DNA of 64,000 nucleotides from a virus (Duplodnaviria > Heunggongvirae > Uroviricota > Caudoviricetes). The stretch is taken from the IMG/VR virus record IMGVR_UViG_3300041405_000130; one strand, written 5' to 3'. Positions 28,219-38,346 of this stretch are shown one piece after another. Position numbers and translations under genes: made by a program. The notes under the pieces are model-generated. The model made no database searches. It was given only the letters and a program-made list of their open reading frames with translations, and was not told the DNA's origin. Positions within the stretch are counted from its first letter, which is position 1, and every line of letters starts with the position of its first letter.

Positions 28219-29539
28219 TCGGTTTACCTTCGATTTCGTTTTGAGTAGGTTTTCGGAGTGGGGGTTGGTAGGCTCTCAACTCCAATTCAGCAACATACGT
28301 TAAACCACCAAGAGTCCTCAAAACTCCAGCGAGTGTATTGTTGTAATCGGTGACCATGCGAGCGACGTTGTTAATCATCAAAGTGATCGATTGGATAATA
28401 TCCGAAATAGCTGGACGTCCTTTGATCGGTGTTTCTTTTTGTTCATCTTTGGCGATCTGTTTATCAGCTTCATCTGGTTCCGCTTTGAACTGGCCGGCTT
28501 TAGTCCGAACCTTTTCTCCAGAGATCTGAATACGACGTAAAGCTTGAGCTAACTTAGATTCATATCCCTTACGAGATTGGAACCGTTTAGAGATAGCTAA
28601 CAACATAGCCAGACGTTGTTGGATCTCATTAACCTTATCGACTTCCACTACCAAAGCTTCTTGGTTAGCTGGCTTGAGTTCTTTCACCGTGTAATAACGG
28701 AAAGAGAAATCACGAACGGTGTTAACCATCGTAGCCCAGTTCTTAGGTTCTTCTGATTTAGATTCAATCGGACCTGATGCATATAAAGCTTTGTTGCCTT
28801 GAATAGCGGGAGTACGAAATAAAGGAGCGGCAATACGGAAACGTTCATCCTTCTCTACAGGTTCAGCTTTAGCCATCCAAGACTGTGGGGTAAACTTAGT
28901 GAAATCTACACCTGCCTCTTCAGCAAAGTCGTGATCAAAAGAAAGCTTATCAAAAGTCTTAGAGACCTCTTCCATGAACTTTAGGAAAACTTTGTCATAG
29001 AAAGCAAAAGCCGAATTAGCTAGGGAGACAATTCGGGTAATGTCTTTAGGTTCGTAACGACCATCGATGTTAAACTTCTTGGGTGACTTTAAAGTGAACT
29101 CCGGTTTATAAGGAGGATTCTTTATTCCCGAAGCTTGTTCGTAAAGCATGTTAGTTCTTTCAACCAACCGATCACTACCCACGTTAATCACACGGGCATA
29201 TTCGATCGTTTCAGATTGGAGTTGTTTTAATGACTCCACTGATTTGTCCCACACTTTCTTAGATGAATTCGAAATGTCCTCTAAGGAGAGGTACTCGGTT
29301 GGAGCAACATCTGAATACTTTTCTAAGGCATATTGGAACATTGCTTCATCGGGAGCTAACCGTTGAGCTTCCAACGCAACACCGAAGGACAAACTTTGTG
29401 CTAGCTTGCGTAGCGTTGCCTCTGTGCGTTCTTCCAGAGATTCGAACTGATGTTCGAGCGAGGCGATCATATCGACGGGTTCTACCCCGTCGACTGATTT
29501 AGGGGTCTCTGGAGCAATCGCATTGGTTGCACCAATCAT
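28199..29539 (-). CDS. Inner-head protein, phiKZ gp92-like
   Basis: Multiple SLE/ALE sites; synteny. Confidence 0.7.
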   Translation of the reverse strand: MIGATNAIAPETPKSVDGVEPVDMIASLEHQFESLEERTEATLRKLAQSLSFGVALEAQRLAPDEAMFQYALEKYSDVAPTEYLSLEDISNSSKKVWDKSVESLKQLQSETIEYARVINVGSDRLVERTNMLYEQASGIKNPPYKPEFTLKSPKKFNIDGRYEPKDITRIVSLANSAFAFYDKVFLKFMEEVSKTFDKLSFDHDFAEEAGVDFTKFTPQSWMAKAEPVEKDERFRIAAPLFRTPAIQGNKALYASGPIESKSEEPKNWATMVNTVRDFSFRYYTVKELKPANQEALVVEVDKVNEIQQRLAMLLAISKRFQSRKGYESKLAQALRRIQISGEKVRTKAGQFKAEPDEADKQIAKDEQKETPIKGRPAISDIIQSITLMINNVARMVTDYNNTLAGVLRTLGGLTYVAELELRAYQPPLRKPTQNEIEGKPNETPRT

Positions 29540-29547
29540 GTTGACTC

Positions 29548-30069
29548 CTATTTGATTTTGACAGTTGCTTTACCGAACAGTAGATGCAAGGTAAACATCA
29601 GGTCATCAAAACCACCTGGCTGCATGCACCACTTCTGAATCATTGCTTCGATCGAAGTACTGAGTGCCAGTTGTTTGAAAAGATCTTGAACATCACTACG
29701 ACCACCGATAAGCTGTAAACCAGTAGGTGGTTCATCAGACAACATCATTGGCCAGCTGTGAATGCTAAGTTGACGACGACCAGTAGCAATGAAGCGAATG
29801 GTGTCGAGCAGGAACTTATAGTTCCAGTCAACGCGTTGAGCGTTAGTGTCTTGTAGGATGAACCAGTTATAGTTCCCACCTAACAGACGCAGTGCCTCAG
29901 CGATTACGCGTTTACGGAATTCCCAGTGCACTGTTCGTGTTGGGAATGCGGTATACTCTTGGAACAGGTCTAATACACGTTCGTCGCGTACACTTGTGAT
30001 GTAGCGACGTTGTGCTTGGGCCTGACCGCCAGAGTAGTCGTTATTCATTTTTACTGAATTCGTACCCAT
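29548..30069 (-). CDS. Conserved phiKZ gp91-like protein
   Basis: Synteny. Confidence 0.55.
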   Translation of the reverse strand: MGTNSVKMNNDYSGGQAQAQRRYITSVRDERVLDLFQEYTAFPTRTVHWEFRKRVIAEALRLLGGNYNWFILQDTNAQRVDWNYKFLLDTIRFIATGRRQLSIHSWPMMLSDEPPTGLQLIGGRSDVQDLFKQLALSTSIEAMIQKWCMQPGGFDDLMFTLHLLFGKATVKIK

Positions 30070-30082
30070 GGGTCAGATTCCT

Positions 30083-30973
30083 TTATTGACGTGCTTTAGC
30101 TTCAGCAGTGCTGATGTCGTATTCATACTCAGACAGACGCTCTTCGTACATCTTGATTTGTTTCTGCAGAACTGGAGAAGCAGGGTTGCCTTGCAGTTGT
30201 TCACGCAGTTCCAACAGTCGATGCTGTAGAGCGTTGTATTCTTCTTCGGCTGCTTTAAAACGAGCAACCTTCCACTCGGCAATATATTTGCCTAGAGTCA
30301 AGAACGGGTTCTGTTGAGGAGAGAAACCAGACATCCGCAGTGGGTCCATCTTAGCATCGCCCAATGAGCGAGTAGCCAGATCGTAAGTCTCTGCGTTGAT
30401 TTCGGCATCAGAAGCTTGGTTGAACTTTTGCTTCAGTTCGTTAGGGTTCAAGATCATCGCTGGGTACAGGCCGATGAATTGATCCATGTTCGATTGTACC
30501 CAATCGACCTCAGCAGGAGACCAATGGGACGGAGCAGCTTTACCACGCGCTTGCGATTCTTGGGTAACCAGGAACAGCATGAACTTACGACCCCAACGAA
30601 TGTAGAAGCTTAGAGCATCTACGTACTTCAGGATGTTAGCACGGTTGATGGTAAGGTTGGTGTTCGTGAACTGGAAAGCAAACAGACGACGGATCTCTTG
30701 AACGACCATACCCAAGTTACCGCGAACGGTCTGCATGGATTGGAAGAACAGCTCCAGGAAGTTACCACGATAGTTAACAGCACGCTGCATACTAGCGATG
30801 TACTTCGTACCGATCTGCGATTTGACATCTAAGGACAGAATCAGATCACGGACTTCAGGCAATAGGGGTGCGACCGTAGTGTCAAATTCTTCTTCTAGGT
30901 CGGCGATTTGGTTAAGCAGTTCCTTACGCTCTTTGAAAGGAGCTAAAGAACCCACGTATTCGAGCAGTCTCAT
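30083..30973 (-). CDS. Virion head protein, phiKZ gp90-like
   Basis: Synteny; C-terminal coiled coil. Confidence 0.6.
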   Translation of the reverse strand: MRLLEYVGSLAPFKERKELLNQIADLEEEFDTTVAPLLPEVRDLILSLDVKSQIGTKYIASMQRAVNYRGNFLELFFQSMQTVRGNLGMVVQEIRRLFAFQFTNTNLTINRANILKYVDALSFYIRWGRKFMLFLVTQESQARGKAAPSHWSPAEVDWVQSNMDQFIGLYPAMILNPNELKQKFNQASDAEINAETYDLATRSLGDAKMDPLRMSGFSPQQNPFLTLGKYIAEWKVARFKAAEEEYNALQHRLLELREQLQGNPASPVLQKQIKMYEERLSEYEYDISTAEAKARQ

Positions 30974-30988
30974 TGTGGCTGTCCTTTA

Positions 30989-32242
30989 TTACAGATTGGT
31001 TTGCATGGAGCGGCTGAACATCTTGAACATTTCAGTGATGTCTGGGCCTTTCGATTTCTCGGTACGTTCGATCTCGTCGAACTTATGGCTTGTTGCCAGA
31101 TCAACACCACGGTGCCAGATCTGTACACGCTGCCAGCGTTCGTCAACAACGATGAGCATCAGCAGGTAGCTGTTATCGAAGATTGCTTTACGTACGGATT
31201 CTTGTTCGATCTTACCGAACAACTTACCGGTAGCCATCTTCAGAGTTTCAGCCGAAACGATTGCAATGTTCGATGCGTCAGCAACAGATACACGACCAGT
31301 CTGCAGAGCTTTCTGCGAGTTGTTACGACGACGATCGGTAATCATCTTGAATACGCCGGACTTGTCATTCATCAAAGCACGGAAATGTTCGTCGATCATG
31401 TCTTGACCGAGAACAAAGTCACGCCAGAATTTGATCTGCCCAGTTTGTACCATAAACAGACGCTGAGCCCAGCTATCGCGTCCACCAGCACTAAACATAT
31501 GAACCATCGACTGAGGTGGAACAGCAGCCGGGATCAAACGGATCAGTACAGGGAGTTTAGCTTTCTTGTCACCATCCGAAATTTCAACGTTCAGAAGTTT
31601 ACCTACGGCCAAGCTTTCTACTTCGTGAATCTTGTTATCACCAGAGCTCAGATCTTGATTGCTGGTGTTCTTAGTTTCACCCCATTCGGCTTGTGTCAGT
31701 TTCTTACCGTAATCGGAACCACCAACTTTCTCGTGCATTGCATCGATGTCAGGATCATTAGATTCCATGGCAACGAACAACAGAGAAGGACGAATACGAC
31801 GGGTAAAGCTTTCAAGTGATGGGAGACCGTTGGCATAGACACTTGGGTTATAAGCAGCGGCAGCGAAACATTCGTTGCTTGACTTGTTGGCCATTCGGCT
31901 GTAGTCGAAGCCGAGGGTCCGGTCAGGGTTCAGGGAATCCAGTACCTTAAGGGTATCGATTCGACCTACGCCCAAAATCATGTTTACGGCTTGCAGGTAG
32001 TATCCTGCGAAGTTCGAGGTTGCCAGCTTCAGCAGGGGAACCATGTAAGGCTGATCGATCAGAGTTGAGTCGATGATTGCCAGTGGTTCTACGCGGGCAG
32101 GCTTGGTTAGATCGGCAAGCGAAGAAACTTGCAGGCCGTTCTTGGCCAGATTGAATACAGTCTGCATCAGCGCCTGACCAGCGACTTGAGCAGCGGTTGA
32201 CGCAGCGGCTGCACCTGCAGCAGCGATAACTGGAGCTACCAT
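30989..32242 (-). CDS. Inner-body protein, phiKZ gp89-like
   Basis: Start MVAPV with AAGGA RBS; SNE/SLE/AME sites; synteny. Confidence 0.65.
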   Translation of the reverse strand: MVAPVIAAAGAAAASTAAQVAGQALMQTVFNLAKNGLQVSSLADLTKPARVEPLAIIDSTLIDQPYMVPLLKLATSNFAGYYLQAVNMILGVGRIDTLKVLDSLNPDRTLGFDYSRMANKSSNECFAAAAYNPSVYANGLPSLESFTRRIRPSLLFVAMESNDPDIDAMHEKVGGSDYGKKLTQAEWGETKNTSNQDLSSGDNKIHEVESLAVGKLLNVEISDGDKKAKLPVLIRLIPAAVPPQSMVHMFSAGGRDSWAQRLFMVQTGQIKFWRDFVLGQDMIDEHFRALMNDKSGVFKMITDRRRNNSQKALQTGRVSVADASNIAIVSAETLKMATGKLFGKIEQESVRKAIFDNSYLLMLIVVDERWQRVQIWHRGVDLATSHKFDEIERTEKSKGPDITEMFKMFSRSMQTNL

Positions 32243-32277
32243 GTGTCTCTTCCTTTTAGAAAATAGAGAGTGAAAAA

Positions 32278-33366
32278 ATGTCAGTAAATAGTTACATCGA
32301 GAAAATTGCACAAAACATTGGACAAGTCCCACGCAACCACGCACTGAGCAACGCGGCGTTCGGCATTAACATCTTAGGTCGAAATGCCCCAGTTCCTCAG
32401 AACACTGAGAACCATGGTTATACGTTCTTTACGAAACCGCTGTTCAATTTATCATACGATAACTGCATGGTGGACCGAAGGTTGTCTATGTTGTTGCGTG
32501 AAGACAAAGATAGTCTGGAAAGATGGGCACGGGTAACACTAGATCCGTGGTCTGCAACACAAGTTGAAAACTCACTAAAGTCGTCCTTGAACGATCCTCT
32601 TTCACCGTTTATTCCGATGCTGTCTAACAACCTTATTTCACTCAACGGTTGGCCAGACTTCACCATTAACATGTCTACAACCGCGTCAGGTATTTATCGT
32701 GACTCGATGGCTTATGTAGATGACGTACCATACCAATACGAAACATACACCTTGCAAGCAACGTATCGGAACGTTGAAGGTGACCCGGTTACATTACTGC
32801 ATTTCATGTGGTTGTTAGCACAAGGCTTGGGTAAAGAAGGGCGCACCATGCCTTACCCAGAATTGGTACTAATGAATGAACGTGATTACGATACTCGGAT
32901 TTACCGACTGATCATGGATCAGACTCGTACTTATGTTACACGTATCTTTGCTTGTGGAGCAGCTACTCCTGAGAACGCACCTACTGGTGAGATTGCTAAC
33001 TTCACAGGTGACGGTTCGGAAACTGGCTCACAAGTAATTGCAAGTCAGTTGAACTTCTCATACCGCTGCAATGGCGTAACTACTTACGACCACATTTTGA
33101 TCTACGAGTTTAACGATCTGCAACAAGACTTTAACCCGATGATGAAAGACGATGCACGTGAGAATTCCATGCATCTGCTGTACCCGTGGGAAAAAGCCTA
33201 TTTTAACTATCGGGCTTATCCACGTATCAATCCAATCAACATGGAATTGGAATGGTGGGTACCTAAGGACGAGTACGAATCATTGAAGGCTGGTAACATC
33301 AAACAGTCCCCTACTCCGACAACTACCCAGAATCCAAATCAAATGCTTCCTGAGGCAACCCAATGA
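32278..33366 (+). CDS. Virion structural protein, phiKZ gp88-like (tube-fold baseplate protein)
   Basis: Divergent gene pair; GYTFFTKP motif; synteny. Confidence 0.6.
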   Translation: MSVNSYIEKIAQNIGQVPRNHALSNAAFGINILGRNAPVPQNTENHGYTFFTKPLFNLSYDNCMVDRRLSMLLREDKDSLERWARVTLDPWSATQVENSLKSSLNDPLSPFIPMLSNNLISLNGWPDFTINMSTTASGIYRDSMAYVDDVPYQYETYTLQATYRNVEGDPVTLLHFMWLLAQGLGKEGRTMPYPELVLMNERDYDTRIYRLIMDQTRTYVTRIFACGAATPENAPTGEIANFTGDGSETGSQVIASQLNFSYRCNGVTTYDHILIYEFNDLQQDFNPMMKDDARENSMHLLYPWEKAYFNYRAYPRINPINMELEWWVPKDEYESLKAGNIKQSPTPTTTQNPNQMLPEATQ

Positions 33367-36266
33367 GTCAATTTAAAGAACGGATTTATAACGCTCGTCG
33401 TAACCCTAGCCAGATGCAGCAAATTGCACTGGAAGAGCTCGACCAGCAACTATCGGGGCGTGGTCTATATGACATTCCTGATGCGACTATCCCATTCGTA
33501 GCTTCTATGGAATGTGGTACGCTTGGTGTGACCATGGCGATTACTGAGATGGAAGCACAGATGCGTAAACTAAACGCACGGATGGCTTTGACTCAGGAAG
33601 AAGTTTACTACCACATGTCTTCTGACGATTACCTGGGTCGGTTCTCTACACCAGCTACCACCGAGTTTCATCTATACTTGGGTTATGAAGAGATCATTCA
33701 GAAAGCTGTACCTTACGGTGACCAAGGTGCACGTAAATTAGTGATCCCTCGGTTGACACAATTCTTAGGTGGTGTAACACCATTCACAATGCAGTATCCG
33801 ATCGAACTACGTGTACTGCGTCATGGTGGGTTACAAATCGTTTACGATGGTACTGACGTGTCCCCAGTGGAAACCCTCAAGACAAACCAAGTTGCTTGGG
33901 ATATGTTGAAGATGGCACGTAACCGAGTTGTTCGGTTAAAGATTCCTGTCCGCCAGTTCCGTATTGAAACCAATACCGATGCCTTGAGCCCATCGACTCT
34001 GTTCGAACACTCTTACACATTCAATGACAAGTTCTATTACGCTCGTGTTTATTTGAATGATGGTGGTGTCAATTCACCTTGGCGTGAAATCCGTACAACT
34101 CACACTGATCAGGTTTATGATCCACTCAATGTGACTGCTGTTCTACGTGTAGTAGGTCAATCTCTGCAAGTAGCTATCCCGACTATCTATACCAACACCG
34201 GCAAAGCCACAGGTAAGATCCGTGTAGACGTTTACACCACGTTGGGTGCCTTGGATCTCTCTATGGCCGACTTCCGTCCAGAACAGTTCCAGGCTAAGTT
34301 TAATGCAATCGACGATGACACTACTTACGTGTCTCCTCTTAACACGTTCAGTATCAAACAAGCATTGAACGTATCTCGTGTATCTGGTGGAGCAAACGCC
34401 CTTGATCTGGTCACCCTTCGAAACCGTGCCATTGATAACACAATGGGCGATGCAGACATTCCAATCACGGATGTCCAATTGGAAGCTAAGTTGGACCAAC
34501 GTGGTTATACGCTGGTATCAAACATCGACAACATCACTGATCGACAATTCCTGGCCTCTCGTCGGTTGGGTACTCCGCAGTCTCTCAACGTAGTATCGGG
34601 TGCTGGTTGTGTAATGTCGCAACTCCGTATCAACATGGAATCTATCGCAGCGTCTGCACATACTGCCGATAACGGCGAACGTGTAACGATTCTGCCTTCG
34701 ATGTTGTATCGCTTTGCTAATGGTAAAGTGACACCCGTAACGGACAGTGAACTAGCTGGTATTGTTGCTTCTGACCCTGAAGATATTTCGCGGTTGGTTA
34801 ATGAATCACGATTTGTGTATTCGCCTTTCCATTACGTGATGGATTCCACAGAAGGCAACTTTGACTTCCGTCCTTATTACTTGGACAATCCTTCGATCAC
34901 TGAAAAGACTTTCGTAGGTGAAAACGATACTTCTAACTTGCAGGCGTCTGTTGATGCTTACGAGATCGAACGTACCGCTAATGGCTACCGTATTCGCATT
35001 CGTTTGACATCGTCTCAGAACTTCAAGAGTCTGGATGATACGCAAGTTGTTTGCCAGATTGGTTACCGTCCGACCGGAGAAGAAATCTTTGCTTCGGTCA
35101 ATGGTCGTCAAGTAGCATTGGAAAATGGTGAGCGTGTATTCGAGTTCGATATCGATACCAGTTACGACTTGGATGCCTCGGGCGAGTTGTTCACTACTAA
35201 CATGTCGATCTTTTCGTCAGCACAGACCAACTTCAAAACCAAGCTCCAGAATGAATTCGATATTTCTATTCTGGTCGTAAATGCTATTACTCCAGGGTAT
35301 ATGCCAAACGAGATCGATGCTATGGTTGAATCACATCTGTTGCCTAACCAATGGATGCTGGTAACCCGTGAGCGTCTGGAAGTTACATTAGGTTACGACA
35401 TGTCGCGTGTGTGGCGCCGTAACCGTTCCGTACTGGGTGAAGAAGACTATCAGAAGTGGACTGAGAACGTTCCTAAGGTTTGGACCGAGAACGTTTATGA
35501 AACTGATGCTAACGGAAACGTCATCATTGAGATCGGTCCTAATGGTGAAGTCATCATGAATTTAATTCATGCTAAAGATTCACCAGTATTGGATTCGAAT
35601 GGTGAGCAAGTCTGGTTGCATATGAAAGGTGATCCAGTGATGGCTAACGGTAAGCCTGTATTGGTTGCACCACGTAAGCTATTGCGTGAAGTCACTATCC
35701 TGATGATTGACGGCCTGTTCTACTTCGCCACTGAAGCTTCGGCTGTTGCTTATCAGAAAGAAATCCCGATGGAATTCGTAAGCTGGCTGAAGTCAGACAT
35801 CGACGACATTGGTGATCGGCTGTTGGAGAAAGCAGAGCTGTACGTTTACCCAACACAAACTTACGGCGACACCGTTGTGAGTGTTCGTGATGGTCAGCGT
35901 GCAACGATTCAAATCGACCAAGCATTTGCAATCACACATTGGCTCAAACCTGCAGCTTACACCAACTCGACAATCCGTCCTTCGCTCATCGACAACGATA
36001 AGCAGGTACTGGATGATAAGATCTCCCTCAAGACTGTATCCCGTTCCGATATCGTTTCGCAACTGGGTGTTACTTCGGGTGACGATGTTCTGGCTAACGA
36101 AGTCAGTGGTCTGGGCGGTGAAGAGAACTACCCGATCCTGACGGTAGAAGACGATGCTGTTCGGTTGTCTATCCGTAAGAAGATGGTAGTACTGGCTAAC
36201 CAACTGTTGACTATTGAAGATGACGTAACTGTTAACTTCCTGCCTCACGAAGTTGTTGAAGACTAA
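33363..36266 (+). CDS. Baseplate wedge-like structural protein, phiKZ gp87-like
   Basis: 967 aa; VSGGAN...LRNRAI segment typical of gp6/J-like wedges; synteny. Confidence 0.65.
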   Translation: MSQFKERIYNARRNPSQMQQIALEELDQQLSGRGLYDIPDATIPFVASMECGTLGVTMAITEMEAQMRKLNARMALTQEEVYYHMSSDDYLGRFSTPATTEFHLYLGYEEIIQKAVPYGDQGARKLVIPRLTQFLGGVTPFTMQYPIELRVLRHGGLQIVYDGTDVSPVETLKTNQVAWDMLKMARNRVVRLKIPVRQFRIETNTDALSPSTLFEHSYTFNDKFYYARVYLNDGGVNSPWREIRTTHTDQVYDPLNVTAVLRVVGQSLQVAIPTIYTNTGKATGKIRVDVYTTLGALDLSMADFRPEQFQAKFNAIDDDTTYVSPLNTFSIKQALNVSRVSGGANALDLVTLRNRAIDNTMGDADIPITDVQLEAKLDQRGYTLVSNIDNITDRQFLASRRLGTPQSLNVVSGAGCVMSQLRINMESIAASAHTADNGERVTILPSMLYRFANGKVTPVTDSELAGIVASDPEDISRLVNESRFVYSPFHYVMDSTEGNFDFRPYYLDNPSITEKTFVGENDTSNLQASVDAYEIERTANGYRIRIRLTSSQNFKSLDDTQVVCQIGYRPTGEEIFASVNGRQVALENGERVFEFDIDTSYDLDASGELFTTNMSIFSSAQTNFKTKLQNEFDISILVVNAITPGYMPNEIDAMVESHLLPNQWMLVTRERLEVTLGYDMSRVWRRNRSVLGEEDYQKWTENVPKVWTENVYETDANGNVIIEIGPNGEVIMNLIHAKDSPVLDSNGEQVWLHMKGDPVMANGKPVLVAPRKLLREVTILMIDGLFYFATEASAVAYQKEIPMEFVSWLKSDIDDIGDRLLEKAELYVYPTQTYGDTVVSVRDGQRATIQIDQAFAITHWLKPAAYTNSTIRPSLIDNDKQVLDDKISLKTVSRSDIVSQLGVTSGDDVLANEVSGLGGEENYPILTVEDDAVRLSIRKKMVVLANQLLTIEDDVTVNFLPHEVVED

Positions 36267-36268
36267 CA

Positions 36269-36306
36269 CGGCATATTGGCTTCCCCTAGGGGAAGCCGTT
36301 TATGTC
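36269..36306. terminator. Bidirectional CATA-hairpin-TATG element at convergent junction
   Basis: GGCATATT-GGCTTCCCC-TA-GGGGAAGCC-GTTTATGTC. Confidence 0.7.
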
Positions 36307-37609
36307 ATTTCAGCTTTTGCAGATCAGCGATCAAGATCTTCATCTCTTTCACTGTCTGTGGTGCAGGGTTCTTCGATTTGAAGTCCAGCATCAAAACTTC
36401 AATTGCGCTAGCGTAATACTCGCGATAAGTTTTAGCAGCGGCGATCTGTGCTTGAGCAGCACGGTTAAAGAAAGCTACAATCTTGTTCAGGTGATCTACA
36501 GACTTGGTAACCGAATCGATTACGAGTTGTGCTTCGGCAGCTTGTTGTTCGTCGTCCATCTTGATGGAACGAATACGAGCCAGAGCGTCAGCAGTAGAGC
36601 CATAGTGTTTAACAAGTTGATCGAAGTCAATGACCTGTACCTTACGGAAGTTCTCGACATTATCCCAGAACTCTGAACCCAGTTGATCTAACAGGTATTC
36701 ATCGTTGTCGGACAACACGGTCATGTCGTCTACCGATTTCGCTACGCTTGCCAGATCACGAAGACCAATGGAACCTTCATCCGATGGAATCTCTTTAATC
36801 GACAGCAACGAAGCCAGCACACCTACTCGACCAGCAATTGCATCTGCAGTGGATAGCGCGTCTTCATAAAGGCCTTTAACTGCTTTCTGTTCCGCTGGAT
36901 GAGAGAAACCATAAAGAGTTACGCGGTTACGTTCTAGGTTGGAAGTAATCAAGGCGGTAGAGCTTAGCTCAGACATGGTCTTAGCTGCCTCAGAGCCCAT
37001 CACACCATTAAGAGTTTTCATCTTAATGTAGATTTTACGAACGTCAATCAAGACATCACGGGCTTTAACCAGTTGACCATCCAATACAACATGCTTTTGT
37101 TTGAGTGCCTTAACCCAACGATAGCCTTGCATTACAATATCAATCAGTTTCTTCAGCCAGGCTTTGATGGTCTCGAAAATTACTTTTCCGATGTTCTCTA
37201 GGCTAGGGCGTTTGTTCAGCAAAGAACGTTCTGGTGTATAGAAGTCATTGAAGTCTTCTAGCCCAGTTTGCGGTAAAGCGATGTTGTGATCGATCATCCG
37301 TTTCTGAATGGTCTTCAATCCAGCCATGTCATGCGAGCTAACGCCTTTGGCTTTGATTGTAGCATGCAGGTCCAACAGATCGTTGATACCTTCAACAGCA
37401 ACCAGCAATTCATCTTGCATCGAGTCCAGTGTAGCAGAACCAGTGATAACATCGATGGTCTGTGGATTTGGATCTTCTACTAACGCAACCATCTCAGCTT
37501 GGTTTTCAAGCGGATAGTCGATAGGGCTTTCCAACAGATCAGAAGAGACTTCCACATCTGGAGGAGTTGTAGGCTGTTCATTCAGTTGTGGCTCAAGTTC
37601 TTGATCCAT
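36305..37609 (-). CDS. Inner-head protein, phiKZ gp86-like
   Basis: Start MDQELE; GLED and SLEN sites then IKAWLKKL helix. Confidence 0.7.
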   Translation of the reverse strand: MDQELEPQLNEQPTTPPDVEVSSDLLESPIDYPLENQAEMVALVEDPNPQTIDVITGSATLDSMQDELLVAVEGINDLLDLHATIKAKGVSSHDMAGLKTIQKRMIDHNIALPQTGLEDFNDFYTPERSLLNKRPSLENIGKVIFETIKAWLKKLIDIVMQGYRWVKALKQKHVVLDGQLVKARDVLIDVRKIYIKMKTLNGVMGSEAAKTMSELSSTALITSNLERNRVTLYGFSHPAEQKAVKGLYEDALSTADAIAGRVGVLASLLSIKEIPSDEGSIGLRDLASVAKSVDDMTVLSDNDEYLLDQLGSEFWDNVENFRKVQVIDFDQLVKHYGSTADALARIRSIKMDDEQQAAEAQLVIDSVTKSVDHLNKIVAFFNRAAQAQIAAAKTYREYYASAIEVLMLDFKSKNPAPQTVKEMKILIADLQKLK

Positions 37610-37895
37610 TTTCTTTTTCCTTCTTGGCTTCGTAAATACGTTGCCGATGCAAGTAGTGTTCGTATTTGATGATTTCATTCAACACTTTACGACGGGCCAC
37701 AGATCGACCCTTAAGCGGGTCGAATATCTGGTCTGCGCCACAAGTGGCAGATTCTGTAATGGTCTGCTCGTTAACCAAACGGACTGAACAAATCGTCGTA
37801 CGTGTTTCACTGATGTATCGCACATGTTCATCAACGATAAGTCCCTCGACATGTGCTTTGGTAATGCGAGGGATTCCATTTGGATCAGACATCAT
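37593..37895 (-). CDS. Phage Gp49-family (PF13876-like) protein; candidate Acb4-type cyclic-nucleotide sponge
   Basis: RIT..HVE.LI, TTIC...L.N..TI..SA.C....FD...G..VA, YEHYL pattern. Confidence 0.7.
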   Translation of the reverse strand: MMSDPNGIPRITKAHVEGLIVDEHVRYISETRTTICSVRLVNEQTITESATCGADQIFDPLKGRSVARRKVLNEIIKYEHYLHRQRIYEAKKEKENGSRT

Positions 37896-38335
37896 TAACT
37901 CTCAGCGGTGGACTGTCTCAGCACATCTGCGATTTCGAGCTGGCAACGAATGAAGTCAGGACGCGAAGACAACCACTCGGACATGGCGTACTCTTGACGA
38001 GTCAAGCCATCTTCCATAGTAGTCGAGCACAGAGCTGCTTGAACGATAGTCGGATCAATAACACCCTGTACCAGTTCGAAACGGATACGGATGATCTCAC
38101 GGAACACGTCTTGTGCTTTCTTGGTGTCGAGAGCAATGTTCTCGTTAACTGAACCACAAATGTCACGGAAGAATTTCATGTGTGCATCAGCACATTCCGA
38201 ATGGGTCTTGTCCAACATCAGTGGGACATTAAAACCAACGGCGTTGGCAACGAACATAGCACGAGCCAGACGATCGTTGTTAGAAGGAGCGCTCAGTTCT
38301 TTCATGATGCGCGCGATAAGGAAACCAGTTCTCAT
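37895..38335 (-). CDS. Conserved hypothetical (virion-associated) protein
   Basis: Operon-packed; synteny. Confidence 0.6.
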   Translation of the reverse strand: MRTGFLIARIMKELSAPSNNDRLARAMFVANAVGFNVPLMLDKTHSECADAHMKFFRDICGSVNENIALDTKKAQDVFREIIRIRFELVQGVIDPTIVQAALCSTTMEDGLTRQEYAMSEWLSSRPDFIRCQLEIADVLRQSTAES

Positions 38336-38346
38336 TGTCTTTTACC

